A stretch of 64,000 nucleotides of DNA from an uncultured Candidatus Rokubacteria bacterium (GTDB lineage: Bacteria > Methylomirabilota > Methylomirabilia > Rokubacteriales > CSP1-6): positions 288,001 to 352,000 of the forward strand of contig CAVVEU010000008.1 of the NCBI GenBank assembly GCA_963747235.1. The letters are read 5' to 3'. Shown in pieces: positions 51,312 through 64,000 of the stretch. The stretch's first letter is position 1. Each line of letters starts with the position of its first letter. The translations under genes were made by a program, and so were the position numbers. Under the pieces are notes generated by a model. The model did no database searches and was not told the origin of the DNA. It saw nothing but the letters and a program-made list of their open reading frames with translations.

Positions 51312-52749
51312 ATGGCCGTAGCCCCCAGCGCCTCCTACAGCTTCACGGTTCGCCTCGAGATCCGGAACAAGCCCGGCATGCTGGGCCGTGTCACCTCCGT
51401 CATCGGCAAGGCCGGCGGGGACATCGGCGCCGTGGACCTGGTCGAGATGAGCGGCGAGCGCGTGCTCCGTGACATCACGATCAAGGCCCGGGACAGCCGG
51501 CACGCCCACGACATCATCGATCGCGTCAAGAGCACCGCCGGGGTGCGGATCGCGAACATCTCCGACCGCACCTTCCTCATGCATCTCGGCGGCAAGATCG
51601 AGATCCACAGCAAGGTGCCGATCCGGACCCGCGACGACCTCAGCATGGCGTACACCCCGGGGGTGGCGCGGGTCTGCCTCGCGATCAAGGACGACCCGAG
51701 CCGGGCCTTCACGCTGACCATCAAGCAGAACGCGGTGGCGGTGGTCACCGACGGCACCGCGGTCCTGGGGCTGGGCGACATCGGGCCGGAGGCGGCCATG
51801 CCGGTCATGGAAGGCAAGGCCATGCTCTTCAAGGAGCTGGCCGGGGTGGACGCCTTCCCGATCCCGCTGGACACGAAGGATCCGGGCAAGATCGTGGAGA
51901 CCGTGAAGATGATCGCCCCCGCGTTCGGGGGGATCAACCTGGAGGACATCTCGGCCCCGCGCTGCTTCGAGATCGAGGAGCGGCTGCGGAAGGAGCTGGA
52001 CATCCCGGTCTTCCACGACGATCAGCACGGCACCGCGGTGGTGGTGCTGGCCGCGCTGTTCAACGCGCTGAAGATCGTCAAGAAGGACATCCGCCGGATC
52101 AAGGTGGTGGTCTCCGGGGTGGGCGCCGCCGGGACCGCGACGATCAAGATCCTGCTCGCCCTCGGGGCCCGGCACATCATCGGGGTGGACGAGCACGGCA
52201 CGATTCACCGGGGCCGCTCCATCGGGATGGACTTCATGAAGACGTGGGTGGCCTCGGCGACCAATCCCGGCAATCTCAAGGGCCGGATGTCCGACGCCAT
52301 CAAGGGCGCGGACGTGTTCATCGGCCTGTCGGTGCCGCGGGTGCTCGACGGTGCGGGACGTCAAGAGCATGGCCCGCGATCGCATCGTCTTCGCGATGGC
52401 GAACCCGGTGCCCGAGATCCAGCCGGAGGAGGCCGAGCGGCACGTGCGCGTGATGGCCACCGGCCGCTCCGACTACGCGAACCAGATCAACAACGTGCTC
52501 TGCTTCCCCGGGTTCTTCCGCGGGCTGCTCGACTCCCGGGCGCGGCTGGTGAACGACGAGATGAAGATCGCGGCCGCCCATGCCATCGCCTCCTGCGTGG
52601 GCCGGCGCGAGCTGGGCCCCGAGTACATCATCCCCAGCGTCTTCAACAAGCAGGTGGCGCCCGCGGTCGCCCGCGAGGTCGCGAGGGCCGCCCAGAAGAC
52701 GGGCGTCGCCCGGCGCCGCCGCCGCGCCGACGCGCCCGACTGGCTGTAG
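51312..52749 (+). CDS. NAD-dependent malic enzyme with N-terminal ACT domain; one indel
   Basis: ACT (NKPGMLG), LSMAYTPGVA, VTDGTAVLGLG, GGINLEDI, FHDDQHGT, ANPVPEI, ATGRSDYANQINN. Confidence 0.93.
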
Positions 52750-52758
52750 GACGCGCGG

Positions 52759-53503
52759 GTGGGTGGCGTGCCGCGCTGGTCCGTGGTCATTCCCGCCTAC
52801 AACGAGGCGGTCCGGCTGCCCACCTATCTCAAGGAGGTCCAGGCCTACTTCGAGGGCCGGGATGAGTCCTACGAGGTGATCGTGGTGGACGACGGCAGCC
52901 GGGACGGGACCGGCGATCGGGTCCTCGAGGTGGCTGCCGGACGGCCCGGCGTGACCGTGCACGCGCTCGACCGGAACCGCGGCAAGGGCCACGCGGTCCG
53001 CGCGGGCATGGCGCGGCGCCGTCGGCGACCTCCGGCTCATGGCCGACGCGGACGGGGCCACGCCGATCGCGGAGGTCGCGCGGCTCGAAGCGGCGGTGGC
53101 GGCGGGCGCCGACGTCGCGGTCGGCTCGCGCGTGCTCGCGGACCCGTCGGTCATCCGACAGGTCCGCGCGCATCGCCAGCTCTCCGGCCACGTCTTCAAC
53201 TTCCTGCTGCGCCGGCTCGGGGTCGCTCCGGTGCTGGACACGCAGTGCGGCTTCAAGCTCTTCCGCGGGGCGGTCGCCGCGGCGCTCTTCCCGCAGGTCA
53301 CCACGGACGGCTTCGGCTTCGACGTCGAGCTGCTGATGCTGGCCGGGCGCCGTGGCTTCCGGGTCGCGGAGGTGGCGGTCAACTGGGCCGATCAGCCCGG
53401 GTCCAAGGTCCGCGTGCTGCGCGAGGGGCCGCGCATGCTCTACGAGGTGCTGGCGGCGCGCCGCCGCCTCGCCGGGCGCCCGGCGGGAGGGCGGGGCGCA
53501 TGA
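52759..53503 (+). CDS. GT2 polyprenol-phosphate glycosyltransferase (DPG-synthase-like); one indel
   Basis: SVVIPAYNE, VVDDGSRD, NRGKG, DADG, DTQCGFKLF, FGFDVE. Confidence 0.9.
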
Positions 53504-54644
53504 TCGCGCGGCGCACGCAGGAGATCGAGCCCTTCCTGGCCGTCGAGGTCTTCCAGCGCGCCCAGGCCCTCGAGCGGCAGGGCGTCGACGTCATCCACCT
53601 GGAGTTCGGCGAGCCCGACTTCGACACGCCGGCGGTCATCCGCGAGGCGGCCGAGAAGGCGCTCAAGGACGGGCGCACCCGCTACGCCCACACCCTCGGC
53701 ATCCTGCCGTTGCGCGAGGCGATCGCCGAGCACTACCTCACCCGCTACGGGGTGACGGTGTCGCCCGACCAGATCCTGGTGACCGCGGGCACGTCGCCCG
53801 CGATGCTGCTGCTGTTCAGCGCGCTGCTCGATCCGGGCGACGAGGTGATCCTCTCGGACCCCTACTATGCCTGCTACCCGAAATTCGTGAAGTTCTCGGG
53901 CGGCGTGCCGGTCTACGTGCCGGTCGAGGAGTCGGACGCCTTCCAGTTCCGGCCGGAGGCGGTGGCGGCCCGCGTCACCCCGCGGACCAAGGGTCTGCTC
54001 GTGAACTCGCCCGCCAACCCCACCGGCACCGTGCTGAGCCGCGGAGCGGCTCGCCGCCCTCTGCCGTCTCGGGCCCTGGGTCATCTCGGACGAGATCTAC
54101 CACGGCCTCACCTACGAGGGCCCCGAGCACACCGTGCTCGAGTTCACCGATCACGCGTTCGTGCTGAACGGCTTCTCCAAGGCCTTCGCCATGACCGGCT
54201 GGCGGGTCGGCTACGTGATCGCTCCGCGGGAGTTCATGCCCGCGCTGACCGCCATGCACGGCAACTTCTTCATCTCGACCAACGAGTTCGTGCAGTGGGC
54301 CGCGCTCGCCGCCCTCCGGGAGGCGGCGGACGAGAGCGCGCGCTTCCGGCGCATCTTCGACGAGCGGCGCCGGGTGATGGTGGCCGGCCTGCGCGGCATC
54401 GGGCTCGGGGTGGGCGCGCTGCCCACCGGCGCCTTCTACGTCCTGGCCAACGCCCGCCGCTTCACGAGCGACTCGCTCGTCGTTCGCGTTCGAGATCCTC
54501 GAGCGCGCCCACGTGGGGGTGACGCCCGGGGTGGATTTCGGACGCAACGCGGAAGGGTACCTCCGCTTCTCGTACGCCCAGTCGCTCGAGCGGATCCAGG
54601 AGGCGATGGTCCGCATCGGCCGCTTCCTCTCCGAGCGTACGTGA
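53500..54644 (+). CDS. PLP-dependent class I/II aminotransferase; frameshifted
   Basis: GEPDF, NSPANPTG, SDEIYHGL, NGFSKAFAMTGWRVG, GYLRFSYA. Confidence 0.92.
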
Positions 54645-54649
54645 CCTCC

Positions 54650-55093
54650 ATGACCAACGCGGGCATCACCACCGCGGGCGCGGCCTGCGTGATGTGCGAG
54701 AAGTACGGCCGGAGCGACGGCCTGCTCCACATCGCGGATCTGGCCCTCTCGCGCGTGTTCCTGCACGAGGACCAGTTCTTTCCCGGCTACGTGCTCCTGG
54801 TGCTGCGCCGGCACGTCACCGAGCTCTACGACCTGCCCGCGCCGGAGCGCGCGACGCTCATGGAGGAGGTGAGCCGGGTGGCGCAGGCGCTCGCCCGGAG
54901 CTTCCAGCCCGTCAAGATGAACTACGAGCTGCTCGGCAACCTGGTGCCGCACATCCACTGGCACCTGGTGCCACGCCTGGCCACCGATCCCGCGCTCCGC
55001 TCGCCCATCTGGACGGTCGAGCACGAGGCGGCGCCCCTGGCGCCCGCCGCGGCCCGCGAGCGGATCGAGATGATACGCCGGGCCCTCGCCTGA
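54650..55093 (+). CDS. HIT-family hydrolase
   Basis: CVMC, KMNYELLGN, PHIHWHLVPR. Confidence 0.9.
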   Translation: MTNAGITTAGAACVMCEKYGRSDGLLHIADLALSRVFLHEDQFFPGYVLLVLRRHVTELYDLPAPERATLMEEVSRVAQALARSFQPVKMNYELLGNLVPHIHWHLVPRLATDPALRSPIWTVEHEAAPLAPAAARERIEMIRRALA

Positions 55094-55112
55094 CCGTCAT
55101 GGGGCCAGATTC

Positions 55113-57311
55113 ATGACCGGCCGGCACCGGCTCGCGATGGCTGGTTTGCTGATCGGGCTGGCCACGATCATGGCCGTCTGGCTCGCGATCGATCGTCGCC
55201 CGCCCGAATGGGATCACGCCAACCATCTCGAGCGTGCCGTCGTCTGCCACCGGAGCCTCAGGGAGTCCGGGAGCGAGTGGCTCCAGGAGATCATCAGCGA
55301 GTCGAGCTTCTACCCGCCGATCGTGACGTGCGCGGCTGGGCTGCTCTACTTCGTCTTGCCGGTCGTGCCACTCACCGCCCAGGCCGTGATCTGGGCCTTC
55401 CTCGTCCTCGGCACGCTCGCCGTCTACGGCCTCGGCCGGCGGCTGCTCGACGCCGACGCCGGCCTGCTCGCGGCATTCCTCTTCGCCACCGCGCCGTTCG
55501 TCGTGTTCATGCTGCTGAACTTCCAGCTCGACCTGCCGCTGGCCGCCATGGTGGCCCTCGCGCTGTACGTCCTCGTGCGGACGGAGGAGCTGTCGCTCCG
55601 CGGCTGGACCCTCGGGCTGGGCCTGGTGCTCGGCCTGGGCATGCTCACCAAGCCGCCCTTCGCCGCCTATCTCTCGGGCCCACTCCTCTGGCTCGCCTGG
55701 CGGGGGCTCCGCGCGCCGGATCGCCGGGCCCGCCTGCTCCATCTGCTCGCCGCGGTGGGGGTGGCGGGGGCGGTGGCGCTGCCATGGTACGGGCCGCGTC
55801 TGGTCGGGTTGCCGGCCCAGTTCATCAATCGCTCGTTCAAGCAGGCGGCGGAAGCGGGGCAGGCGCCGGCGCTCAGCGGCGCCTCGCTCCTGTTCTATCC
55901 CGAGTGGATCATTCCCCAGTGGGGTCTCCTGGCGACCGCGCTCTTGCTGTGGGGGATCGTGGCGCTCGCGCGCCAGCCTCGGGCCCGCGGGCTCCTGTGG
56001 GCCGCGCTGGCGCCATTCCTCATCTTCACCCTCATCCAGAACAAGAACCTGCGCTACACGCTGCCGCTTCTCCCCGCCGCGGCGCTCGTGGCGGCCGCCG
56101 GGGTGAGCGTGTTCCCGCCGCGTGTCCGGCGCGGCCTCGGCTGGGCCTGCGCGATCGTGGGGGTCGCGCAGGTGGGCTCGGCGGCGTTCGCGCTGCCGCC
56201 GGCCACACTGCTGGCGCCGGTCGTCTCCTCGGTGGCGTTCTCGTCGCCCCCCGACGCGAGGGACTGGCATCACCGCGAGATCCTCGACGCCATCCTGCGC
56301 GCGGCGGGCCCCGGCGGGGCGCGGGTGACGGTGGTGCCCAACGACAACTACTTCTCGATCTCCAACTTTCGCTACGAGGTGACCCGCGATCGGCTGCCGC
56401 TCCGCCTGAGCCGCGCGTGGGAGCAGTCTCCGCTCGGCGTGGATTTTGCCATCGTGAAAACGGGCGATCAGGGGCCCGACGCGGCGTCCGCCAAGCCCGA
56501 CCGGATCATGGCCGCGCTGGCGGGCGGGGATCCGTGGCTGGCCGCCGCGTATCCGGTCATCGCGCGCGTGCCGCTGCCCGACGGCAGCGAGGGCATGGTG
56601 CGGATGCGCCGCCTCGATCCGGTTCACGGCATGACGCCCGCGGAGCTCGCGGAGCGGGTGCGGCGCGGCGTGGCCGAGCTGCTCGCCGACGTGGTCCGCG
56701 ATGCTCAGGGCCTCCGCGTGACGGTGGACTATCGAGACGACGCCCTGGCGGCGGGATCGGTGGCGGCGGTGACGGTGGAGGCGCAGTCGGCGCTCGTCGG
56801 CGAGTTCGCCCGGCGGAAGCCGCCGCTCCGCATCGGGCCGGTCCGCCTCCGCCTCCGTGACGTGGTCGTGAACCCGGGCCGGCTCGCGGCCACCGGCGCC
56901 GTCGAGCTCCTCGACATCGGGGCCCTCCACGTGGAGCGGCTCGGCGTGGCCGAGCGAGACCTGGGCGAGTTCATCGCCCAGCAGCGCGGCCTGGCCGGGC
57001 TGCGCGTCACCATGGAGGATGGATGGATCCAGGCCCGCTGGGCGCTGCCCGGGCCCGGGCTCTCGGCGCGGCTAGGGCTGGCGGCCGGCTCGCCGCCTGA
57101 TCCGTTCACCCTCCGCGCCGCCGACGTCCGCTACGGCGGGGTGCGCCTGCCGCGGCTCCTGGTGGACTGGATCGTGAGAAACTTCGACCCGACCCCGCGC
57201 CTGCGCCGGCTGCCCATGCCGGTATTGCTGGCGCCGATTCGCATCCAGCGGGAGCGGCTCGAGGTCGGCGAGGATGGAGCCGTGCCCGCCGCGACAAAGG
57301 AGTCACGCTGA
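55113..57311 (+). CDS. GT-C (ArnT/PMT, GT39-like) membrane glycosyltransferase with C-terminal LmeA/DUF2993-like domain
   Basis: PEWDHANH, YPP, many TM helices, DLPL, LTKP, NKNLRYTLPLLP; beta-rich C-terminal domain. Confidence 0.78.
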   Translation: MTGRHRLAMAGLLIGLATIMAVWLAIDRRPPEWDHANHLERAVVCHRSLRESGSEWLQEIISESSFYPPIVTCAAGLLYFVLPVVPLTAQAVIWAFLVLGTLAVYGLGRRLLDADAGLLAAFLFATAPFVVFMLLNFQLDLPLAAMVALALYVLVRTEELSLRGWTLGLGLVLGLGMLTKPPFAAYLSGPLLWLAWRGLRAPDRRARLLHLLAAVGVAGAVALPWYGPRLVGLPAQFINRSFKQAAEAGQAPALSGASLLFYPEWIIPQWGLLATALLLWGIVALARQPRARGLLWAALAPFLIFTLIQNKNLRYTLPLLPAAALVAAAGVSVFPPRVRRGLGWACAIVGVAQVGSAAFALPPATLLAPVVSSVAFSSPPDARDWHHREILDAILRAAGPGGARVTVVPNDNYFSISNFRYEVTRDRLPLRLSRAWEQSPLGVDFAIVKTGDQGPDAASAKPDRIMAALAGGDPWLAAAYPVIARVPLPDGSEGMVRMRRLDPVHGMTPAELAERVRRGVAELLADVVRDAQGLRVTVDYRDDALAAGSVAAVTVEAQSALVGEFARRKPPLRIGPVRLRLRDVVVNPGRLAATGAVELLDIGALHVERLGVAERDLGEFIAQQRGLAGLRVTMEDGWIQARWALPGPGLSARLGLAAGSPPDPFTLRAADVRYGGVRLPRLLVDWIVRNFDPTPRLRRLPMPVLLAPIRIQRERLEVGEDGAVPAATKESR

Positions 57312-58000
57312 TGGCCGAGAGTCTCGCGGACAAGAAGGCACGGGCGGGGAAGATCCTGACCCGCCTGGCGAAGGCGTACCCGGACGCGCGCACCGCGCTC
57401 GACTTCACCACCCCGCTCGAGCTGCTGGTCGCGACCATCCTGTCCGCGCAGTGCACCGACGAGCGGGTCAACGCGGTCACCGCGGGGCTCTTCCCGCGCT
57501 ACCGCCGGGCCGCGGACTGGGCGGGGGTGCCGCTGCCGGTGCTCGAGCGGGAGATCCATTCCACCGGCTTCTTCCGGGCCAAGGCCAGGTCGCTCAACGG
57601 GATGGCCCGCGCGCTGGTGGAGCGTCACGGCGGCGAGGTCCCCCGGACGCTCGAGGAGCTGGTGGAGCTGCCCGGGGTGGGCCGGAAGACCGCCAACGTG
57701 GTGCTGGGCAATGCCTTTGGCATCCCCGCGCTGGCGGTGGACACCCACGTGTTCCGGGTGTCGCAGCGCCTGGGGCTGGCCCGGGGCGACGATGCCGAGA
57801 AGATCCACGACCAGCTCTGCCAGGTCCTGCCGCGCCCCCGCTGGACGCAGGCCAGCCACCTGCTCATCCTCCACGGCCGGCGCGTCTGCGCCGCCCGCAA
57901 GCCGGCCTGCCCGACCTGCCCGATCCTGGCGCTCTGCCCGTGGACGGGCAAGACCAAGGCGGCGCCCGCCAAGCCAGCGGCCGGTGGGCGGGTAGGGTAG
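57311..58000 (+). CDS. nth: Endonuclease III
   Basis: LLVATILSAQCTD, LPGVGRKTANVV, VDTHV, C-x6-C-x2-C-x5-C. Confidence 0.96.
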   Translation: MAESLADKKARAGKILTRLAKAYPDARTALDFTTPLELLVATILSAQCTDERVNAVTAGLFPRYRRAADWAGVPLPVLEREIHSTGFFRAKARSLNGMARALVERHGGEVPRTLEELVELPGVGRKTANVVLGNAFGIPALAVDTHVFRVSQRLGLARGDDAEKIHDQLCQVLPRPRWTQASHLLILHGRRVCAARKPACPTCPILALCPWTGKTKAAPAKPAAGGRVG

Positions 58001-58029
58001 TTGACCGCGTGAGGTCTTTCTTTTATGAT
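58001..58029 (+). promoter_or_regulatory. Sigma70 promoter of rplM-rpsI
   Basis: TTGACC-N17-TATGAT. Confidence 0.75.
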
Positions 58030-58091
58030 TACCCGTTGCCATTTGCCGAGGTGTTCGACGTGGCTGCGGAGGCCTTATCCGGACGGAGATC

Positions 58092-58535
58092 ATGACGACG
58101 CTGATGCCGAAGGAAGAGGATGTGGAGCGGAAGTGGTTCGTGGTCGACGCCCAGGACCGGGTGCTTGGCCGCCTCGCCACCCAGGTCGCGACGGTGCTGC
58201 GGGGCAAGCACAAGCCCCAGTTCTCGCCGCACCTCGACGTGGGCGATCACGTGGTGGTCATCAATGCCGAGAAGGTGCACCTCACCGGGCGCAAGCTGAC
58301 CGACAAGATCTACCGCTGGCACAGCGGCTATATCGGGGGACTGCGTGAGGTCAGCGCGGAGCGGATGCTCAAGACGCATCCGGAGCGCGTGATCGAGTGG
58401 GCGGTGCAGGGCATGCTCCCGAAGGGGCGCCTGGGCCGCGCGATGGCCAAGAAGCTGAAGGTCTACAAGGGGGCGGACCACCCGCACGCCGCCCAGAAGC
58501 CCGAGCCGCTCGCCCTGCGCGAGCGCGCCCGCTGA
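58092..58535 (+). CDS. rplM: 50S ribosomal protein L13
   Basis: [42 protein letters not shown]. Confidence 0.97.
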   Translation: MTTLMPKEEDVERKWFVVDAQDRVLGRLATQVATVLRGKHKPQFSPHLDVGDHVVVINAEKVHLTGRKLTDKIYRWHSGYIGGLREVSAERMLKTHPERVIEWAVQGMLPKGRLGRAMAKKLKVYKGADHPHAAQKPEPLALRERAR

Positions 58536-58543
58536 GGAGCCCC

Positions 58544-58939
58544 ATGGCCGTCGTCAGTCGTTTCTACGGAACCGGTCGCCGCAAGACCTCCGTCGCCCGC
58601 GTCTGGCTGCGGGCGGGCAGCGGCCGCATCCTGATCAATCGCCGCCCCTTCGAGGACTACTTCCCGCGCGAGACGCTGCGCATGGTCATCTCGCAGCCGC
58701 TCCAGCTCACCAACACGTTCGGGCAGTTCGACGCCATCGTGAACGTGGGCGGCGGCGGCCCCACCGGACAGGCGGGGGCGGTGCGCCACGGGATCGCGCG
58801 GGCGCTCCTGCAGTTCGACGACAAGCTGCGCCAGACGCTCAAGCGGGCCGGCCTCCTCACACGCGATCCGCGGATGAAGGAGCGCAAGAAGTACGGCCAG
58901 CCGGGCGCGCGCTCCAAGTTCCAGTACTCGAAGCGGTAG
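58544..58939 (+). CDS. rpsI: 30S ribosomal protein S9
   Basis: [45 protein letters not shown]. Confidence 0.97.
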   Translation: MAVVSRFYGTGRRKTSVARVWLRAGSGRILINRRPFEDYFPRETLRMVISQPLQLTNTFGQFDAIVNVGGGGPTGQAGAVRHGIARALLQFDDKLRQTLKRAGLLTRDPRMKERKKYGQPGARSKFQYSKR

Positions 58940-58963
58940 TCCCAGCGCCGTGCTGAGGCCGCC

Positions 58964-60016
58964 ATGTTGAAGGTCGCGGTCACCGGGGCCAGCGGGTACA
59001 TGGGGGCGGAGTTGCTCCGCCTGCTGTCCGTCCATCCCAAGGTGCGGATCAGCGCCGTCACCTCCGAGCGGCTGGCGGGCGAGCGCCTCGATCGCCTCTA
59101 CCCGCATCTGCGCGGGCTCAGCGATCTCGTGTTCCAGGAGATCGACGGGGAGCGCCTGGCCGACGAGGCCGACGTCGTCTTTCTCGCGCTGCCGCACATG
59201 GAATCCCAGCGGCTGATGCCCGACGCTCAGGCGCCACGGCAAGAAGGTCATCGACCTCTCCGCCGACTACCGGTTGCGGGACGCCTCGCTGTACACGACG
59301 TGGTACAAGGCGCCCCACGAGGACGCCGAACGGTCTGGCCGAGGCGGTCTACGGCCTGCCCGAGCTGCACCGCAAGCAGGTCGCGGGCGCGTCCCTGGTG
59401 GCCTCGCCCGGCTGCTACCCGATGGGCGCGATCCTCGCCACCGCGCCGCTGCTCAAGAGCGGGCGCGGGAGCGTCGACGGCATCGTGATCGACGGCAAGT
59501 CCGGCGTGACCGGCGCGGGCGCTCAGGGCCGCAAGGTCGACGCGATGTACCTCTTCACCGAGGCGAACGAGAACGTCCAGGCCTACGCCATCGGCCACCC
59601 ACCGGCACACGCCCGAGATCGAGCAGGAGCTCTCGGTGCTGGCGGGCCGGCCGGTGGTGGTCGCGTTCACGCCGCATCTGGTCCCGCTCAACCGCGGGCT
59701 CTTCACCACCGCGTCGGTGCCGCTCACGAAGCCGGCCACGACCGCGGAGCTGGTCGCGCTCTACCAGGAGTTCTACGCGGGCGAGCCCTTCGTGCGCGTG
59801 CTCGACGAAGGGCAGCGCCCGACGACCCGGTCCGTCGTCGGCTCCAACTTCTGCGACGTCACGGTGGTCGCCGATCCGCGCACGAAGCGCGCGGTCTGCG
59901 TGTCCGCGCTCGACAACCTGGGCAAGGGCGGCTCCGCCAACGGGATCCAGAACCTCAACATCATGATGGGGTGGGACGAGCGGACGGGTCTCGACGCGCC
60001 TCCGGTGTATCCGTAG
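58964..60016 (+). CDS. argC: N-acetyl-gamma-glutamyl-phosphate reductase; frameshifted
   Basis: GASGYMGAEL, LALPH, DLSADYR, SPGCYP, KSGVTGAG, FTPHLVP, LDNLGKG. Confidence 0.93.
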
Positions 60017-60021
60017 CCCGC

Positions 60022-61245
60022 ATGGCCGACTTCCAGTGGCTGGAAGGAGGCATCACCGCCGTGCCCGGCATCCTCGCCTCGGGCGTCGCGGCCGGCATCA
60101 AGCCCAGCGGCAAGAAGGACCTGGCCCTCGTCTATTCCTCGGCGCCCGCCCGCGCCGCCGCGGTGTTCACCACGCAACCAGGTCAAGGGCGCGCCGGTGC
60201 TCGTCTCGCAGGAGCACGTGCGTGACGGCCGCGCCCAGGCCATCCTGGCCTCGAGCGGCTGCTCCAACGTGTGCACCGGCGAGCAGGGGGTCAAGGACGC
60301 TCGCGAGATGACGCGCATCACCGGCGAGCTGCTGCGGATCCCGCCGCGGCAGGTGCTGATCGCCGTCGACCGGGGTGATCGGTCAGCCGCTGCCGATGGA
60401 CAAGATCCGGGCGGCGCTGCCCAAGCTGGTCAAGGGGCTCTCGCCCCAGGGCGGCCGGCAGCGCCGCCGAGGCCATCATGACCACCGACACCCGGCCCGA
60501 AGGAAGCGGCGCTCCGGTTCGAGCTGGCCGGGCGTCCGGTGACGATCGGGGGCATCGCCAAGGGCGTGGGCATGCTCGAGCCGCACCTGGCGACCATGTT
60601 CTGCTTCCTCGCCACCGACGCGATGGTGCCGCGCGACGCGCTGCCGCGGGTGCTCGCGCCGGGCCATCGACCGCTCCTTCAACCGGATCACGGTGGACGG
60701 CGACCAGTCCACGAGCGACACGGTGGCGATCCTCGCCAACGGGCTCGCCGAGAACGCGCCGCTCGAGCGCGGCGGCAAGGGCCTGCGGCAGTTCGCGCGG
60801 GCGCTCGAGGCGATCGCCGAGCGGCTCGCCCGCATGCTCGTCGAGGACGGCGAGGGCGCGAGCAAGCTGGTGGAGGTGGCGGTGCAGCGGGGCGCGCACC
60901 CGCCGCGAGGCGCTGATCGCGGCCCGGTCGGTGGCCAACTCGCCGCTCGTCAAGACCGCGATCAACGGCGCCGACCCCAACTGGGGGCGTATCATGATGG
61001 CACTGGGCAAGATCGCCGGCGCGGGTGGCCGCGGACCGCATCGCCATCACGATCGGCGACGAGCTGCTGGTGGAGAAGGGGATGCTCGCGGCCGGGCGCC
61101 CGGCTCGACCGGATCCACGAGGTGATGGGCGGCCCGAGCTACACCGATCGCCATCGACCTCGGGCTGGGCCGGGGCGAGGACCGGGTGTGGACATCGGAT
61201 CTCAGCGAGGAGTACGTTCGAATCAACGCGAAGTACACGACCTAA
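60022..61245 (+). CDS. argJ: Ornithine acetyltransferase; frameshifted
   Basis: [73 protein letters not shown]. Confidence 0.92.
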
Positions 61246-61350
61246 CACGCACGGTTCCGAGCTTCGGTCTCCGCCGCCCTCGTCGGCTGGCGGGGAAGTG
61301 TCGCGCTCCTCTCCGGGGGCCGGCCGCTCGCGACCGGAGGCCAACCGAAC
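61245..61350 (+). ncRNA. rpsB leader (t44 / S2 autoregulatory RNA)
   Basis: Starts ACACGCAC and ends CGGAGGCCAACC directly upstream of rpsB, resembling the t44 termini. Confidence 0.6.
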
Positions 61351-61374
61351 GACGACGGAAAGGACGGCAGCACC

Positions 61375-62159
<785 letters not shown>

Positions 62160-62173
62160 GGCAGGAGCGTCCC

Positions 62174-64000
<1,827 letters not shown>

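Overview
Very GC-rich bacterial chromosomal DNA. The gene style suggests Candidatus Rokubacteria/Methylomirabilota (inference only). Single-base indels break many genes, including rpsB, tsf and pyrH, so they are read as long-read assembly errors and several coordinates are approximate. Gene order: two tandem peptide-ABC substrate-binding proteins, pdxA2/dtnK, tlpA-ccdA, a 2-oxoacid dehydrogenase operon, thrB-dcd, an unannotated orphan Pup (C-terminal GGQ), and a selenium locus (LysR, selenocysteine SelD with SECIS, orphan zf-HC2 protein, SenB-like glycosyltransferase). Next come a MoxR/DUF58/VWA/TPR operon, an unannotated UxxC selenoglutaredoxin with a clear SECIS, a pilin, and a GalT-like protein with an altered active site. 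A complete isc operon follows, whose IscS lacks the PLP lysine, then a DsrEFH/TusDCB-like trio divergent from an intact nifS-iscU2-cysE. After dinB there is a ferritin-like diiron pair with cyclohexanecarboxylate-CoA-type genes and biotin carboxylase/BCCP but no carboxyltransferase. The window ends with an RpoD-like sigma factor preceded by ECF-type promoter motifs and a possible sRNA, glycosylation genes, nth, and rplM-rpsI-argC-argJ-rpsB-tsf-pyrH-frr. The strongest novel-system candidates are the Se/S trafficking region (about 14-38 kb: SelD(U), SenB-like GT without SenA, Grx(U), pseudo-IscS, NifS/DsrEFH relay) and the diiron/alicyclic-acid operon.
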